A stretch of DNA of 64,000 bases. Source: Octopus sinensis (lineage: Eukaryota). The notes under the pieces were generated by a model that worked only from the letters and a program-made list of their open reading frames with translations, was not told the origin of the DNA and made no database searches. Position 1 is the stretch's first letter. Each line of letters begins with the position of its first letter. Below are positions 12,791-26,100 of this stretch, piece after piece. The stretch covers positions 55,428,001 through 55,492,000 of the forward strand of contig NC_043004.1 of the NCBI RefSeq assembly GCF_006345805.1. Reading direction: 5' to 3'. The position numbers and the translations under genes are program-made.

Positions 12791-13220
12791 TCTTAGTATT
12801 CAAGTATATAATAATTATACATAAAAATCATACATAAGTATTTGATTATGATTTCCTCTCTTTAATTTTTAATATAATTTGTTTAGCAACCATGATTTAT
12901 AACTATTTTTATAACTATTTAAAAAATTTTTTTTTTATTCAAATGTTTATGATATATTTAAATAATTTTTAAATATTATAATTCTTATGTATATTTTTTT
13001 CTATAATGTATATTTCTTTCTCATAATATAATAATGTATGTTTATATCTATATCGCCATTATGAATTCAGGATTATGTATCAGCATAATTCTCGTACACA
13101 TGTGTACATGGGTACAGGTGTTCAGTGTAAAATGGTGTCTCTGTGTTGCTGTACGTTTATAGGGTGCATATATGCATTGTCGTATGTTTCGGTGTCTGAT
13201 TACATTTTTGTCCATAATTG

Positions 13221-13369
13221 TGGAAGCACTCCGTCGGTTACGACGGCGAGGGTTCCGGTTGATCCGAATCAACGGAACAGCCTGCTTGTGAAATTAACGT
13301 GTAAGTGGCTGTGCACTCCACAGACACGTGCACCCTTAACGTAGTTCTCGGGGATATTCAGCGTGACAT
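13221..13369 (-). mobile_element. SINE family A, 3' fragment
   Basis: Reverse complement of the 3' end of the full copy at 28402-28783. Confidence 0.8.
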
Positions 13370-13652
13370 AATGTGTAAGATAGAAAAGGTGACATAATGC
13401 ATATCTAATTTATGAGAGTTTTTTGTACTACTAATATTTTCAATCATATTTCCAATTAGTCACATCTGTTTTTCACTTCTTATTGAAATAGAGGTGTTTA
13501 ATTAAAACCCTACTACGGCAGTGGAGTGGTGACTCATCTACACGCGACAAAAGCTATAACAATACTGATAAGGGAATACAGTCAAAGGCGTGGAGTGAAG
13601 CGCAGGCTCATACAAGCAGGGAGAGGAGGAGTTCATTTGCCCGATATATGGA

Positions 13653-13719
<67 letters not shown>

Positions 13720-14449
13720 AGCCTCATTGTTCAGATGATTTGGTCACTGCGCTAACTATTTCATATATTGATAAATCGAATACTTTCGATCAGAAGCTAT
13801 TTATTCCGTTAAGTTTTATTTCATGCTGAAAATAAAATATTTAATCAATTGGTCGCAAAACTAAATATTATGGAATTTTCTTCAGATTTCAGCCAACACA
13901 ACAGTAAGGCTATTACTACATCTAATTCTAAATTATATTACTGGATACCATTGGTACAGCTGTAATAAGAAGGCTAAGATACGTTTCTTAATTAAGATCA
14001 TAGTGTAAATTACACTCGTGTTAAGTGATGAAATTAAACCCCAAAACAAACTCAAAGAAAACCAAAGCAAAAGAAAAGCAACAGAGACAAACTAAAAATA
14101 AAAATGAAAGTAAAAAATGAAAAATTAAGAAATGGATAGAGGAAAATGAAAAATAAAAAATAAAAGCGATATCATTTTATCATGAAATAAATTAGAGAGA
14201 AGGGACAAGGAAGTGAAATCTATAATCCAAGCAATTAAGAACATTGGCAATTGTTATTTTATTTAAATACGCATTATCTTTGAAATGTTGGATGAGGGAG
14301 GTGTAGGAGTATATATTATCTACAGAGTGCATGATACCAATTCCTGAGCACCTAAACAAAGAAATAACTCTTTCATGACCCACAAAAATTCATTCCCCTA
14401 AAGCAAGATATTCCTCTTTAAATATATATAGAAACTGTATTCACCTGAA

Positions 14450-16167
14450 AAAAGAAGAAAAAAAACAAATAGGAATCTCTCTCATTCAAGACGCAACATC
14501 TCCCCAAATCGGGGTCATCAGTTGACGCTACACACGAGAAATTTTACGCAGGACCGACCACAATTGATATTATACCAAAATTTATAACTACTATGTCAAC
14601 TTTAAAAAGGTTCGACCACAACCAAGAAACCACAATAGACCAAGATTGTCAGAAGAGCAGTCAACAGGAATACTAATGCGTCGAACCAAAAACCGAGGAG
14701 TCACTTTTTAGACATAGTACATAGAGACCAAGACACTCGATGGCACAGACCGAATGTAAGATTCCGAAGCTTATAAATATTTCACATAAAACCCTGTCAA
14801 CGCAACAATAAAAATTTTCTCGAATGGACTAAATGTCACCCAAAACAACAAAATTCCAGCATAACTGTAATACAGGACGATGTCCAGGAATTTTGTAGGT
14901 AACTAAGCGCAGAAGAATTATTTGACAATGATCGATCAATGCTTCATAGTATAATTAATTACAGTCCGACAAAAGGTAAGAACCAAACTGTGAACACATT
15001 TTGTGATTTTGTAACCAATCTCTCCTATAATTTACTATCACGTCCGAAATCTAAACCAAATACCAGCCGAGAAGATTAAGAAATATTCAATGATAACAAT
15101 AAAGTTATTAAAAATGCAGATAAAATTTGTGCTGTACTCATTATGGACTTGGATCAGTATATATAAACACCAGTTCTTCTTATTATGAAAAAGTTGGCAA
15201 TTACCAAAAATCCCAAATAATGAAAATGTATACTATCCTCATCCAACAGCTTCAAAAATGGCTTAGAGGAATCTTATCAAGATTCGTCCGCTAAGCCAGT
15301 AATTTTTACGGACTCGTAAAAATCCAGTAGATCGAAGCAATAAATGAAGCGTGTAGAAAATCAAATTCATTGGTTATTAACATAAATACCCCAACGATGT
15401 CCAGTTAAGACCAATTGTGAAAGGTCTGTCCTGTAACACATAGACTAAGTAACGTCTTCGACGTATTTATAGAACCCAGCCTAAAGCATATCCCGAGCTT
15501 CATAACAGATGGCTTAGACTTTTAATACCATCTACCGAGCAAAACGGCATGGATTCTCTTTATGTCTCATTCTATATAGTAAATCTCTACACCTCGATTC
15601 GGCACAGAAACGGAAGAGAAGCTATACAATTCTGGTTGTAAATATTTCCAAATGACATCGAAGTGGGAAAGGATTTATCATTGAAGGATTAAAGTTCATC
15701 CTACAAAATAATTTATTTCACATCAACGACAGCACCTACAGACAAATATCTGTGACTACTAAGGTTGACGGAGGTAGCCCCCATTTTTACTAACTTTGTC
15801 ATGGCATACTTAGAAGTTCAAATATACGAACACATCAGAATGAAATTCGGCGATGACTTCCATAACTACGTACTCACCAACTGGTGAGTGTGATGGGATT
15901 GCGTAGCTGTGTGTGTGGCGGGGATTACATTGGTCAAACGAGATTGAATTTGAAGGTCGGAATAACAGTACACAAACAAAAGATTCGTGAACCTACAACT
16001 AGGAAAATTCCGTAAGTAAACATCTAGATCTGAGCTCAATGGACAAACATCCGAAATGCCAAATTTTCCCTCTATATCAATGCTCCGGAAATACTTCAGC
16101 CCAATTCTAATTAAATAAAGAAAATATTTTCATTAAGAAATATAAACTACAACTTAATACCCTATAA
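14450..16167 (+). mobile_element. Second Penelope-like element, degenerate (RT and GIY-YIG, internal deletion)
   Basis: RT remnants IVNLYTSIRH...EAIQFW and ILQNNLFHIN.STYRQI...APIFTNFVMAYLE. GIY-YIG remnant GGDYIGQTRLNL...TVHKQKIREPTTRKI...FPLYQC...KENIFIKKYKLQLNTL*, collinear with the element at 2-876. Confidence 0.75.
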
Positions 16168-16805
16168 CAACACACCAGAATGAGAAAACTCAATTTATTC
16201 ACAAAAAACGACCGAAAACGTATTTAAATCACAAGTTGAAGTAACTGGCTGCTTCCTGGACTTGAAACCCTAACTTCAGACTGCAGTAAATTAACAACTT
16301 GCACCTTCTCAAACACCAGTATCTGACGTCAACCTAGACTTAACCAGTTAGATGTTTTCTGATCAAAACTGGATTCTCAGGAAAAAAAGCATTGAGCTGA
16401 CCAAAACCAGTGTCTTCTTAAGGAGTCGATCAACCGGAACGCTGGGCGACTGTCAAACAAAAATGGGTTACCAAGGCCTTAGTCAAAACAAATAACGTAT
16501 GCAGAAAATCAGTCAATCTGGTCAAAAAATGTGATAAAAAAGTAGATTAACAAATGACGTAAACAGGAAGTCAACATGATATGGAGACATACAAGGAAAC
16601 CGAAAGAAAACAAACGTAGGGGGACGGTCGTTAGACCAGAACGAGAGGAAAATAATGAAAGCTGGGGGAAACATTTTTTTGAAAAGGGAAAAGATAGAAG
16701 AGAGAGAGAGAGAGAGAGAAACACGTCCGTTCTTTTGAATGTCCGTGCAGGAAAAGAAAGATGGTCACGTGAGGAAAAGAAAGATGGACAATGGTCACGT
16801 GTGAG

Positions 16806-16859
<54 letters not shown>

Positions 16860-17245
16860 AAGACAGATAGAAAACTGTTCCCGAGTGTTAAAGTTAAATC
16901 TAATATTTTTCTTCTTTGCTGTGTCGTTTTTATCGTTTTCAGAATCTCTCTCCACTACATCACATGAATCTCCACTACCACCAACACCATAATCACCACC
17001 ACTATAAACAACACCACGTCACTACCACACACGCTACCACCACCGCCGGCCCTCTACTGCCCCTTTCCACCATCAATATGAATTGTGTATCTTTTGTGTT
17101 TCCGAGTAATAGATGTCACTTGTATTGATAAGTGCTCCATTAATAAGTTGGCACCGGGATCTGATGTTAATCTCACTTCATTCTCTGTTGTACACTTGAC
17201 CCAGCAACATCGCAACAACGTAGCATCATATCTGTAAAAGAAACT

Positions 17246-17720
17246 ATGAAGGAAGCAACTGTTCTGTTACATATTGTCACATTGATGGCATGTCTGTATA
17301 TCAACGCTAGCACTTTCGTCGTCAACAACAACGACAACAACAGCAAAAGCAGCAACGATAACAACATTAATTACGATGTCAACAACGACACCAAAATAGG
17401 GACGTCAGAATCTTCAGTTGTTTCATCCAAGCCCTGTACCCTGAATTCGTCGCATTGTAGAAGCGGTGAAACGTGTGTAATATATAACCGCAGTTTACAG
17501 TGCCGTAAGTTAACTGCCAGAGAACAGTACTTTTGTTACCGATGTAAGAACAGCTTATGTGACTTTGACGGGGACGGATATATGACATGTCACTGCAAAC
17601 CACAATGGACAGGAGAACACTGCACTAAGCCATGCTTGAGGAATTGCACAGGAGACAAAGAATATTGCGAATGCCCCGACAATTTTACGCCTACATCGAA
17701 CAGCACAAAACAATTCAACG
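17246..17720 (+). CDS. EGF-TM-TIR receptor, coding exon 1 (signal peptide, Asn/Asp-rich linker, Cys-rich EGF-like modules)
   Basis: MKEATVLLHIVTLMACLYINAS is signal-peptide-like. CYRCKNSLCDFDGDGYMTCHCKPQWTGEHC is a 6-Cys EGF pattern with a typical CxxxWxGxxC end. The exon ends aacG|GTGAGT (donor 17721, phase 1); 475 nt = 158 codons + 1. Confidence 0.9.
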
Positions 17721-18001
17721 GTGAGTCATTTTTTTTCATATTTACAGCGATTGTTAGCACGTGTGTGTGCGTGTGCGCACGCGGGTATGTATGTATATAT
17801 GTATGTATGTATGTATGCATGTATGTATGTATGTATGTATGTATGTATGTATGTATGTATGTATGTATCAAAACAATTTGATTCAATTTCCGTGCTACTT
17901 AAATTTCAAAGCCCCTGACGGGACTTATTAGTTGTTGAATGAAAATATATATATTTGTTTGTTTGTTTGTGTGTGTGAAAGTGTGTGTCTCTCTCTCCCT
18001 A

Positions 18002-18053
<52 letters not shown>

Positions 18054-18211
18054 GCTTTCGTTCTTTACATGTGTATGTCTCTGAGTGTGTGTATGTATAT
18101 GCGGGAGCAGAATAAAACAGGAGAGTTTACTTAAGTGTTTTTATTACAGCAACGTGTATTACCTAATTTTACACGTATGTCCCTAGCGAACACCAGAACG
18201 TTGTACAATAA

Positions 18212-18529
18212 TCCAGACCGGGCGTTGTGAGTGTTTATTGAACGAAAACACCTAAAGCTTCACGAGGCTCCGGCAGGGATGGTGGTGATCCCTGCTGTAC
18301 TCTTTCACCACAACTTTCTCTCACTCTTACTTCCTGTTTCTGTTGTACCTGTATTTCAAAAGGCCGGCCTTGTCACTCTCTGTGTCACGCTGAATATCCC
18401 CGAGAACTACGTTAAGGGTACACGTGTCTGTGGAGTGCTCAGCCACTTACACGTTAATTTCACGAGAAGGCTTTTCCGTTGATCGGATCAACCGGAACCC
18501 TCGTCGTCGTAACCCACGGAGTGCTTCCA
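18212..18529 (+). mobile_element. SINE family A, 5'-truncated copy in intron 1
   Basis: Matches 28460-28783; flanked by acgttgtacaataa / acgttgtacgataa (probable TSD). Confidence 0.85.
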
Positions 18530-19261
18530 CGTTGTACGATAAACCAACAGAAGAGTATAGTTATTCAATTCGACACTACATACCAAATTAGATTAGTTGA
18601 TAGAGCAAGGAAACAAATGTGTGTAAACTGAAGAGAAAATTCTTTTTATATCAATTCAGTAAAGGAGGGTGGGGTAGTACTTTTGTGTTATCAGTGAAAT
18701 TAAGAGAAAACAAGTAAGAGGGTAATAATAAAGCCCTGTGTCTAAGAGCAAAGGAGGTTCAAATTAAGGTCATAATTGCAAAACAAAAAAAAAATAATAA
18801 TAAATCTCTACGGATAAATGGCTTAGAACAGAGTGTGGTGTGGACAGTATATTAGTTAGGAAAAGGCAGTCAGATATATACGCTGTTAAATTAGCCATGT
18901 GTGTACATTTATTTATTTACTTACACATACACACACACGCAGTACACAGACACCATATTTATAAGAACATGTGTTCGTAGATAACAATTGAGGGTAAAAT
19001 TAATTAATTAATCAATTTCACCAAGTGTTCAGTATGTAAAAGGACCATTTAAGGCGAATTCAAAATATTACATTATATAATTAGGGCTTAGTAAAATAAA
19101 TTACTTTGCCACATACTGAACTTAGTAGAAATAGCAGCCAAAAAAATTTTTTCTTAGCATTTCTACTACTTAAAGAAAATTTCTCTCAGATAATGTTTAC
19201 TCCAGACAGCTCACGAAGGTTTGGGGGTAAATACAGAAAAATATCACAAGTACATAGATCG

Positions 19262-19324
19262 TTTGAGTACGTCAACGTTTCAAGATTAGCCAAATAAAAT
19301 CAGCATTTCTTTCGTCAGCTCAAA
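19262..19324 (-). ncRNA. Type I hammerhead ribozyme (minus-strand copy)
   Basis: Exact reverse complement of the motif at 19896-19958. Confidence 0.82.
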
Positions 19325-19895
19325 ATTTCTTAATTTGGATTTGGAAACACTAAAAAGAAGGAACTTTACCTATCAGCGAACTTGTCGCTTCAGATGAACC
19401 ACTCCAACTAAACAGTGTCAACAAATTCAAAATGCGCAGGCGTAAAATTCTGCACTCCCCATTCCACCCACGTGGTCTATCTAGCAAACATTATATTTTA
19501 ACCGCGAGAACCGAGGCAGTATGACCGAGAGAAATGAATTATAATATCAACAATTGAGGGTAAAATTAATTAATTAATCAATTTCACCAAGTGTTCAGTA
19601 TGTAAAAGGACCATTTAAGGCGAATTCAAAATATTACATTATATAATTAGGGCTTAGTAAAATAAATTACTTTGCCACATACTGAACTTAGTAGAAATAG
19701 CAGCCTCGGTTCTCGCGGTTAAAATATAATGTTTGCTAGATAGACCACGTGGGTGGAATGGGGAGTGCAGAATTTTACGCCTGCGCATTTTGAAGTTGTT
19801 GACACTGTTTAGTTGGAGTGGTTCATCTGAAGCGACAAGTTCGCTGATAGGTAAAGTTCCTTCTTTTTAGTGTTTCCAAATCCAAATTAAGAAAT

Positions 19896-19958
19896 TTTGA
19901 GCTGACGAAAGAAATGCTGATTTTATTTGGCTAATCTTGAAACGTTGACGTACTCAAA
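19896..19958 (+). ncRNA. Type I hammerhead ribozyme
   Basis: UUUGAG-CUGACGA-AAGA(loop)UCUU-GAAACG(UUGA)CGUA-CUCAAA: full core, 6-bp helix I, 4-bp helix II, 3-bp helix III, GUA cleavage triplet (cut after 19952). Confidence 0.85.
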
Positions 19959-20139
19959 CGATCTATGTACTTGTGATATTTTTCTGTATTTACCCCCAAA
20001 CCTTCGTGAGCTGTCTGGAGTAAACATTATCTGAGAGAAATTTTCTTTAAGTAGTAGAAATGCTAAGAAAAAATTTTTTGGCTGCTATTTCTACTAAGTT
20101 CAGTATGTGGCAAAGTAATTTATTTTACTAAACCCTAAT

Positions 20140-20223
<84 letters not shown>

Positions 20224-20408
20224 TACAATATATATACATATATGCATATGTATATATATATATATATATATAAAATGTCTGTATGTTTGTATTTAAAATT
20301 TACCTACACACACACACGTATATATATATATATAATATATATATAATATATATATATGTATGTATGTATGTATTTATGTATGTATATAAAATGTCTGTAT
20401 GTTTACCT

Positions 20409-20439
<31 letters not shown>

Positions 20440-20454
20440 TGTATGTGTGTGTAG

Positions 20455-20960
20455 GTTCATTTATTTGACCCTCACCAGAGTGACGAGTTTTAGAGAGCGC
20501 AACTACATCCATGGAATATTTCTTAAGCTCACATGCAATAAGTGCAGTACGTCTTTTTGGCCTCTTGTTGAAATTATCATCAAGAAGTGTGGGCACATTC
20601 CAATTGCCAAAATTCAAAGGATGTTTATTTTTTACTTGAAGATTGTTTGACCACAGTGGGACACCTGCCGAGCCAGAGCTGTTCCCGTGACGTTCCTAAG
20701 CCTTTTTTGCCATCTAATGAATTTTTAGGTTTCTACCAACGAACCGATTCAATGATTTTACTAAGATCTGGGTACAGGAAGTACCTGTGAAGATGAATAA
20801 TTTTCAGTGATTGTAGCATGCACCTATTTGCCCAAGAAGACTTTCCCCGGTGTAACATGAAAATTTACAAAACCAAGAACATCCAAGGCCTCAGATTTCC
20901 TTCTCCTAGATAGATTACCAACCAAGGTTAATGAGCTCCTACCTGTCCATGAGGTAAGCT
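20455..20960 (-). mobile_element. RTE-clade LINE 5' fragment (5' UTR and start of APE)
   Basis: MNFGNWNVPTLLD...RPKRRTALIACELKKYSMDVVALSKTRHSGEGQINE matches the RTE/BovB-type endonuclease N-terminus. Confidence 0.8.
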
Positions 20961-21724
20961 ATCCCATTCTAGACACCAAACCGACACTCAAAATATAAAT
21001 AAGAATGAGATATAAATAATATATATAAATATAAAAAAAGCTAAAGATATGCAATTTAAAAATATAAATAAAGATTTAAATATAAATAATATATATATAA
21101 ATGTAAAAATATACATATATATACATATAAGAAAAAAGAGAAGTACAATATGTGAATGACAATTAAATAAGGATTAAATATAATATATATAAATATAAAA
21201 AGTAAAAGATATGCAATTGAAAAATATAAAGATATGTTTTCTTATATGTATATACATACATACATACATACATACATACATACATACATACATACATACA
21301 TACATACATACATACATACATACATACACATATCTGTAAGTTTCAAATCTTGGCACACGGCCAATAATTTCAAGGGAGGGTAAATTGATTACATCAACCA
21401 TAGTGGTTTCCTGCTGCTCATTTTATCGACCCTGAAAGGATGAAAGCCGAAGTCGACCCCAGCGGCATTTGAACCCAGAACATAAAGACGGACCAAACAC
21501 CACTATATAAATATATTAAATGTAATTATGAGGAATACACACACACACACACATACACACACACGTACACACATACAAACAAACACACACACACACACCA
21601 CACATATGTATATAGTCACAATGAGTATATTTAAACCTTCTATAAGGGATATTCATCCAAGATACACTGGGTTGATTTATTAGATATTGAAAAGATAACT
21701 CTTGAATGAATATATTATATAGAA

Positions 21725-22119
21725 CTAGCAGTATCGCCCGGCGTTGCTCGGGTTTGTAAGGGAAATAACTATATAAGCATGTTTAGAGAGTTATAGCCAA
21801 AAAATAGCAAAAAAATGCATTAAAAATGGAAAAAAATGATGGTAATTTTTTTTTTAAATCGTTGACTCATCGTAGACATTTTTAGAGAGTTACTTCCCTT
21901 ATATAATAGCGAAAAAATGCATTAAAATGGAAAAAATGATGTTAATTTTTTTTTTAATCGTAGACTCATCGTAGACGCGCGCTAATACCCAGAAGGGCTC
22001 GATATGAATCACGACTATAAGATACCCGGTTTTGGTTAAACTGCACCGCAAAATGTGGGAGTAGTTAGGAATCTAAATCGTAAGAGACAGACACACAACC
22101 TTACTTTTATATATAAAGA
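21725..22119 (-). mobile_element. Non-autonomous Helitron
   Basis: On the minus strand it begins TC (22119-22118) after an A and ends CTAG (21728-21725) before a T, with the subterminal hairpin cccgagcaacgccggg. Confidence 0.8.
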
Positions 22120-22167
22120 TATCATAAAAATCAAACATTTTTTTTACCGAATTGGAAAACATATATC

Positions 22168-22514
22168 TAATGGATACAAATTAATTTATTAATTAATCAA
22201 CATATTCACCAACAATTGTTTAATTTCACAAACAAAATTAAAATTTCAAAATATATACAAATTTATAATTTTGCCTTTTAAATACCTTGTAAGGAAGATC
22301 ATCAGGGTGCGCAGAGGACAATAAGGATTACATGAGGATACTTTTGGAATACACAGAATATATAGACATCTGCGCCCCTGATGATTTTCCTTACAAGGTA
22401 TTTAAAGTGCAAAATATATATTCATATATGTTTTGTAATTTTAATTTTCTTCGTGACATTAAACAATTATTGGTGAATATGTTGATTAATTAATTAATTA
22501 ATTTGTATCCATTA
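22168..22514. repeat. Palindromic AT-rich element (nested imperfect inverted repeats)
   Basis: Outer arms taatggatacaaattaat...tcaccaacaattgtttaat and their reverse complement; inner arms ~22278-22316 / ~22369-22406. The same terminus occurs at 55169. Confidence 0.7.
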
Positions 22515-22533
22515 AATCTCTCTGTCTTCTAAC

Positions 22534-22580
<47 letters not shown>

Positions 22581-22604
22581 GTATGTATGTATATATGTTG
22601 TATG

Positions 22605-22651
<47 letters not shown>

Positions 22652-23132
22652 ATATATATATAATATATATATATATATTATATATATATATTATATATAT
22701 ATATATTATATATATATATATACAAATGAGATAGGGGTTGTAAATGCAACCCTCCATGGGATAACATATATCCAATGTACTGCTAGTGAAGTACCCAACA
22801 AAGTTAATACATAAATGTTAATGATTGCGATGTAATCAATTCATTTACTGTATTATATGGGCAAAGGTAAAATGATTTACCACAAATTACTAATACAAGA
22901 TAAGAAAATGGAGAAATACATCTAAATCAAATATCAATTACCAGATAATACTCAATCACATACTTTATTAAACCACCACATAAGAGAATGTAGGGTTAGA
23001 TATAAAAAGCAGAACAAATCAGGGTACATAAAGGAATGTACATAAAAAAGTGTACATAAAAAAGTAATGTTGTATAATAAGTAGAATATATATAAAAGAG
23101 AATATAAATATAAGTAAACAGCTGTTTCGGCC

Positions 23133-23175
<43 letters not shown>

Positions 23176-24429
23176 CATGTATATTATAGTCGATTGGTGA
23201 CTCATATTCTTGTCTCTAGTCTGTTGATGGTTTATGATGGTTTAGCCCACTAGCATCGCTGTTTGAAAACTATAATGAGATGGCTATATAATGAGATATC
23301 TAGACAGACTGCCATGATCTATAGTACTTAATCTTCCAGCGATGAACTCCAGAAATTATATTCTTACTCTTTATTTGTATATTTTTATATGTTATTTATT
23401 ATTTCTTTTCCCTCTTTTCCATTTTATATCGTTTCTTTTATTTTATTTATTTTTGTCCTGTTTTTTTTTGCTTTGTTATTTGATTTTTCAACCTTTTATA
23501 AGAGCAAATTTGTAATTGCAATTCATATTCTAAAAATCTTTGGTGATGTGATTATTAAACACGATAATACAATTCTTGTTATATGATTATAATTGAAATT
23601 GTAGTATTACATAAGAATTATTGAAACAGTTGTAGAAATGAATATTTTGATTTATCACTGATATTGTTTCCTGTTACTCTTTCATATATATGCTTGAAAG
23701 AATGTATGTTTGTATATCTAATTATGAGTACAGAGAGGGCGAATTACAGAGAGAAAATAGAGGTACCAGTGTATATGCGAATGTATTTAACGCATACATA
23801 TATGAGTTTGATAAACACTCTGGCTTTCTTTGTATTTATCTCCAATTAGGGAGGGGTGTGTGAGAAAGAGCGACTCCGTTTATGGTGCACGAAGGAATTC
23901 TTTTACTCAGTCTTAACCCTGTATATTTATTCTTTTATTTCTGTTTCCTTATTTACTTCTTGAAGACTACATTGCCTAGGGTGTGTGAAAACATAATGAC
24001 AAATAGTACCATATTCAGCCTAATGTCCTATCCTTTCCTAACACTTTTTAATTTCCTACATGCAACTTTCCTGTCGAAAAGCTTGGTTAAACTCCGACAT
24101 ACAAAATTAAATGCTCTGCATTCAAACGCATTGAGTAATGTTTTGATTCACTGATATCTTAGATCTTTGACTTCGAATGCCTAAAATATGACATGTGTAT
24201 GCGCACATAGATTGTAATCCCAACCCTTTATGATATATCGCATCATGTGGAGGTTGTAAATGAATCTATTGGGAATCGCTCCTGTTTTTGCTTCACCAAC
24301 GACAAGTAACAAGTAACAATCGTCTTGTTAACATCTTGCCCAAAATACTGAACCCTGCATTTAGCAGGATTATAGTCTGGAAATTATTTAGATCATCCCC
24401 TTTTGTTGGTGACTTCCCCCCCCCCCCGA

Positions 24430-26100
24430 GTTAAAATAGCATAGTCCACGGAATTGAGAATTTTTCCGTTCCGTTGCCAATTGCAATAGATGTTTGCCGA
24501 CCTTATCAAACAAGTCTGGCATATAGCCTTAAAACTCATAGTTTAGATCAACCAAGTCGAGTGATTCGTCCCTTGCAACAAAACCACACTTCGGTCTTTA
24601 GCCAACCATGATGCACGCGTGCCACTCGATTCCAAGCAGATATGTGCAGCATTCCAGCAGCACTTTGCTCAACTGTTTGAAGTAAACTATGGGTCTGAGG
24701 CAGTCTGTCGCGACTCTCGACGGGCACTGTGAAAAGTTAATAACAACTTTGTACTCCGTCGACCTATCGCTTACTTTAAACAGTTCAGTAGTGCTGCTGG
24801 AACGCTGCACATATCTGCTTGGAACCGAGTAATACGCGCGCACACTGTTCGGTCAAAGACCGAATTGTGGTTGTGTTGCAACGAATGCCCTGCCTCCGCC
24901 ACTTGTGCCCATCGAACAACTTTCGCTTCCTTCTGTTTTAATGAACGAATGCAGGGTGGCGTGAAGGCGGCGGCCACCCGCCGGGCTAACGGCGTATTGG
25001 GCTGACGTCTCGGGCATCCTGCCGAACGATCCCGGAGACATCCACCTGCCGACTGCAAGCCCTCAATATAGTCTTGACCCCCTTGGGGTGCAACGGTCAC
25101 CTAGAGCGTGACTACCCAGACCAAACCACACAGCCATCGTGTTTCGCATTGTTTGCAATCCCTTTTCTGCCTTGTTATATAGCTTCTCCTGAAGTCTATT
25201 AATCAAATATTCCTCTCTATCACTAGTTCTTTACTTAACGTTATCGATCCATATAATTGCCCCCTTCAAGGCGTTCCACCGCCTGTTGTTGACTACCATC
25301 CCCGTCAACTGCAACTTGACTGGCTCGCTAATTCGATCTCGTTAACCTTTGCGCTTCGGGAAGTCGCGTTAAGCTACCAACAGCCGGATACCTGTCTTTT
25401 AGTTTTATCGCAGTCAATCCACGGGTTTCAACGAACAACGCAGTCAAATTATGATCTTGATGACCGTTGTGGTTGCTCCACGTTCGAAATTAATTGCAGT
25501 GCGTACTTTTCAGACAGTTGGAAATGTTTGAATAGATTTTCTAGTCTTTTGACACCTTTCTTCTATGGGTTCATCCTACACAGTATCATCATGCATCTAA
25601 AATACAATTCCAATCATCTTCTAGTTCTAAGAAGTATATAGACGTCTAATAAATCCCGCTCGTCCACTCTCGGGCGATGCATGGACCACCGTTAATTTAA
25701 AAGCACTGCCTTTACTGTCCTGAGGGTCTGTACCGCCGATTTATTTCCTTCATTCAGGAAGATCGAGCGTAAGCCAAACCCATTTTTTTTTCTGGAGAAG
25801 CGCTCTACCGCCCGATTCCGTCAGACCACAAGATTTGTCTGTCTTGTAGTTGTCAAAAATGAGGATGAATGTGTGTGTTCCAGAATTTCTGGCTTCAGTA
25901 ATAGGTACCACATTTATATTTTGTGATCTGAGGTCACCGAGCAAGTGATATGATTTCCAAGCTAACCCCAAACCATGTACATTTACACATCCCTCTCTAA
26001 GTGACACCATATTTATTGGAGAAAATAGGAGAGGTTACTCAACTTCGTCATCGAGAATGGCGCGTCATTTGTACCCTTTTCCAGGAGGTGGGTGTTCTAT
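24430..26100 (-). mobile_element. Degenerate Tx1/L1-like LINE (APE start and linker)
   Basis: CVNVHGLGLAWKSYHLLGDLRSQNINVVPITE resembles an APE N-terminus; downstream fragments are heavily interrupted. Confidence 0.5.

Noticed and set aside
16943-17245. Exact 5' UTR/acceptor of receptor exon 1
   Set aside because: Two plausible acceptors (16941-16942, conserved at 56319-56320; and 17203-17204) and no way to choose without transcripts; no promoter is called.
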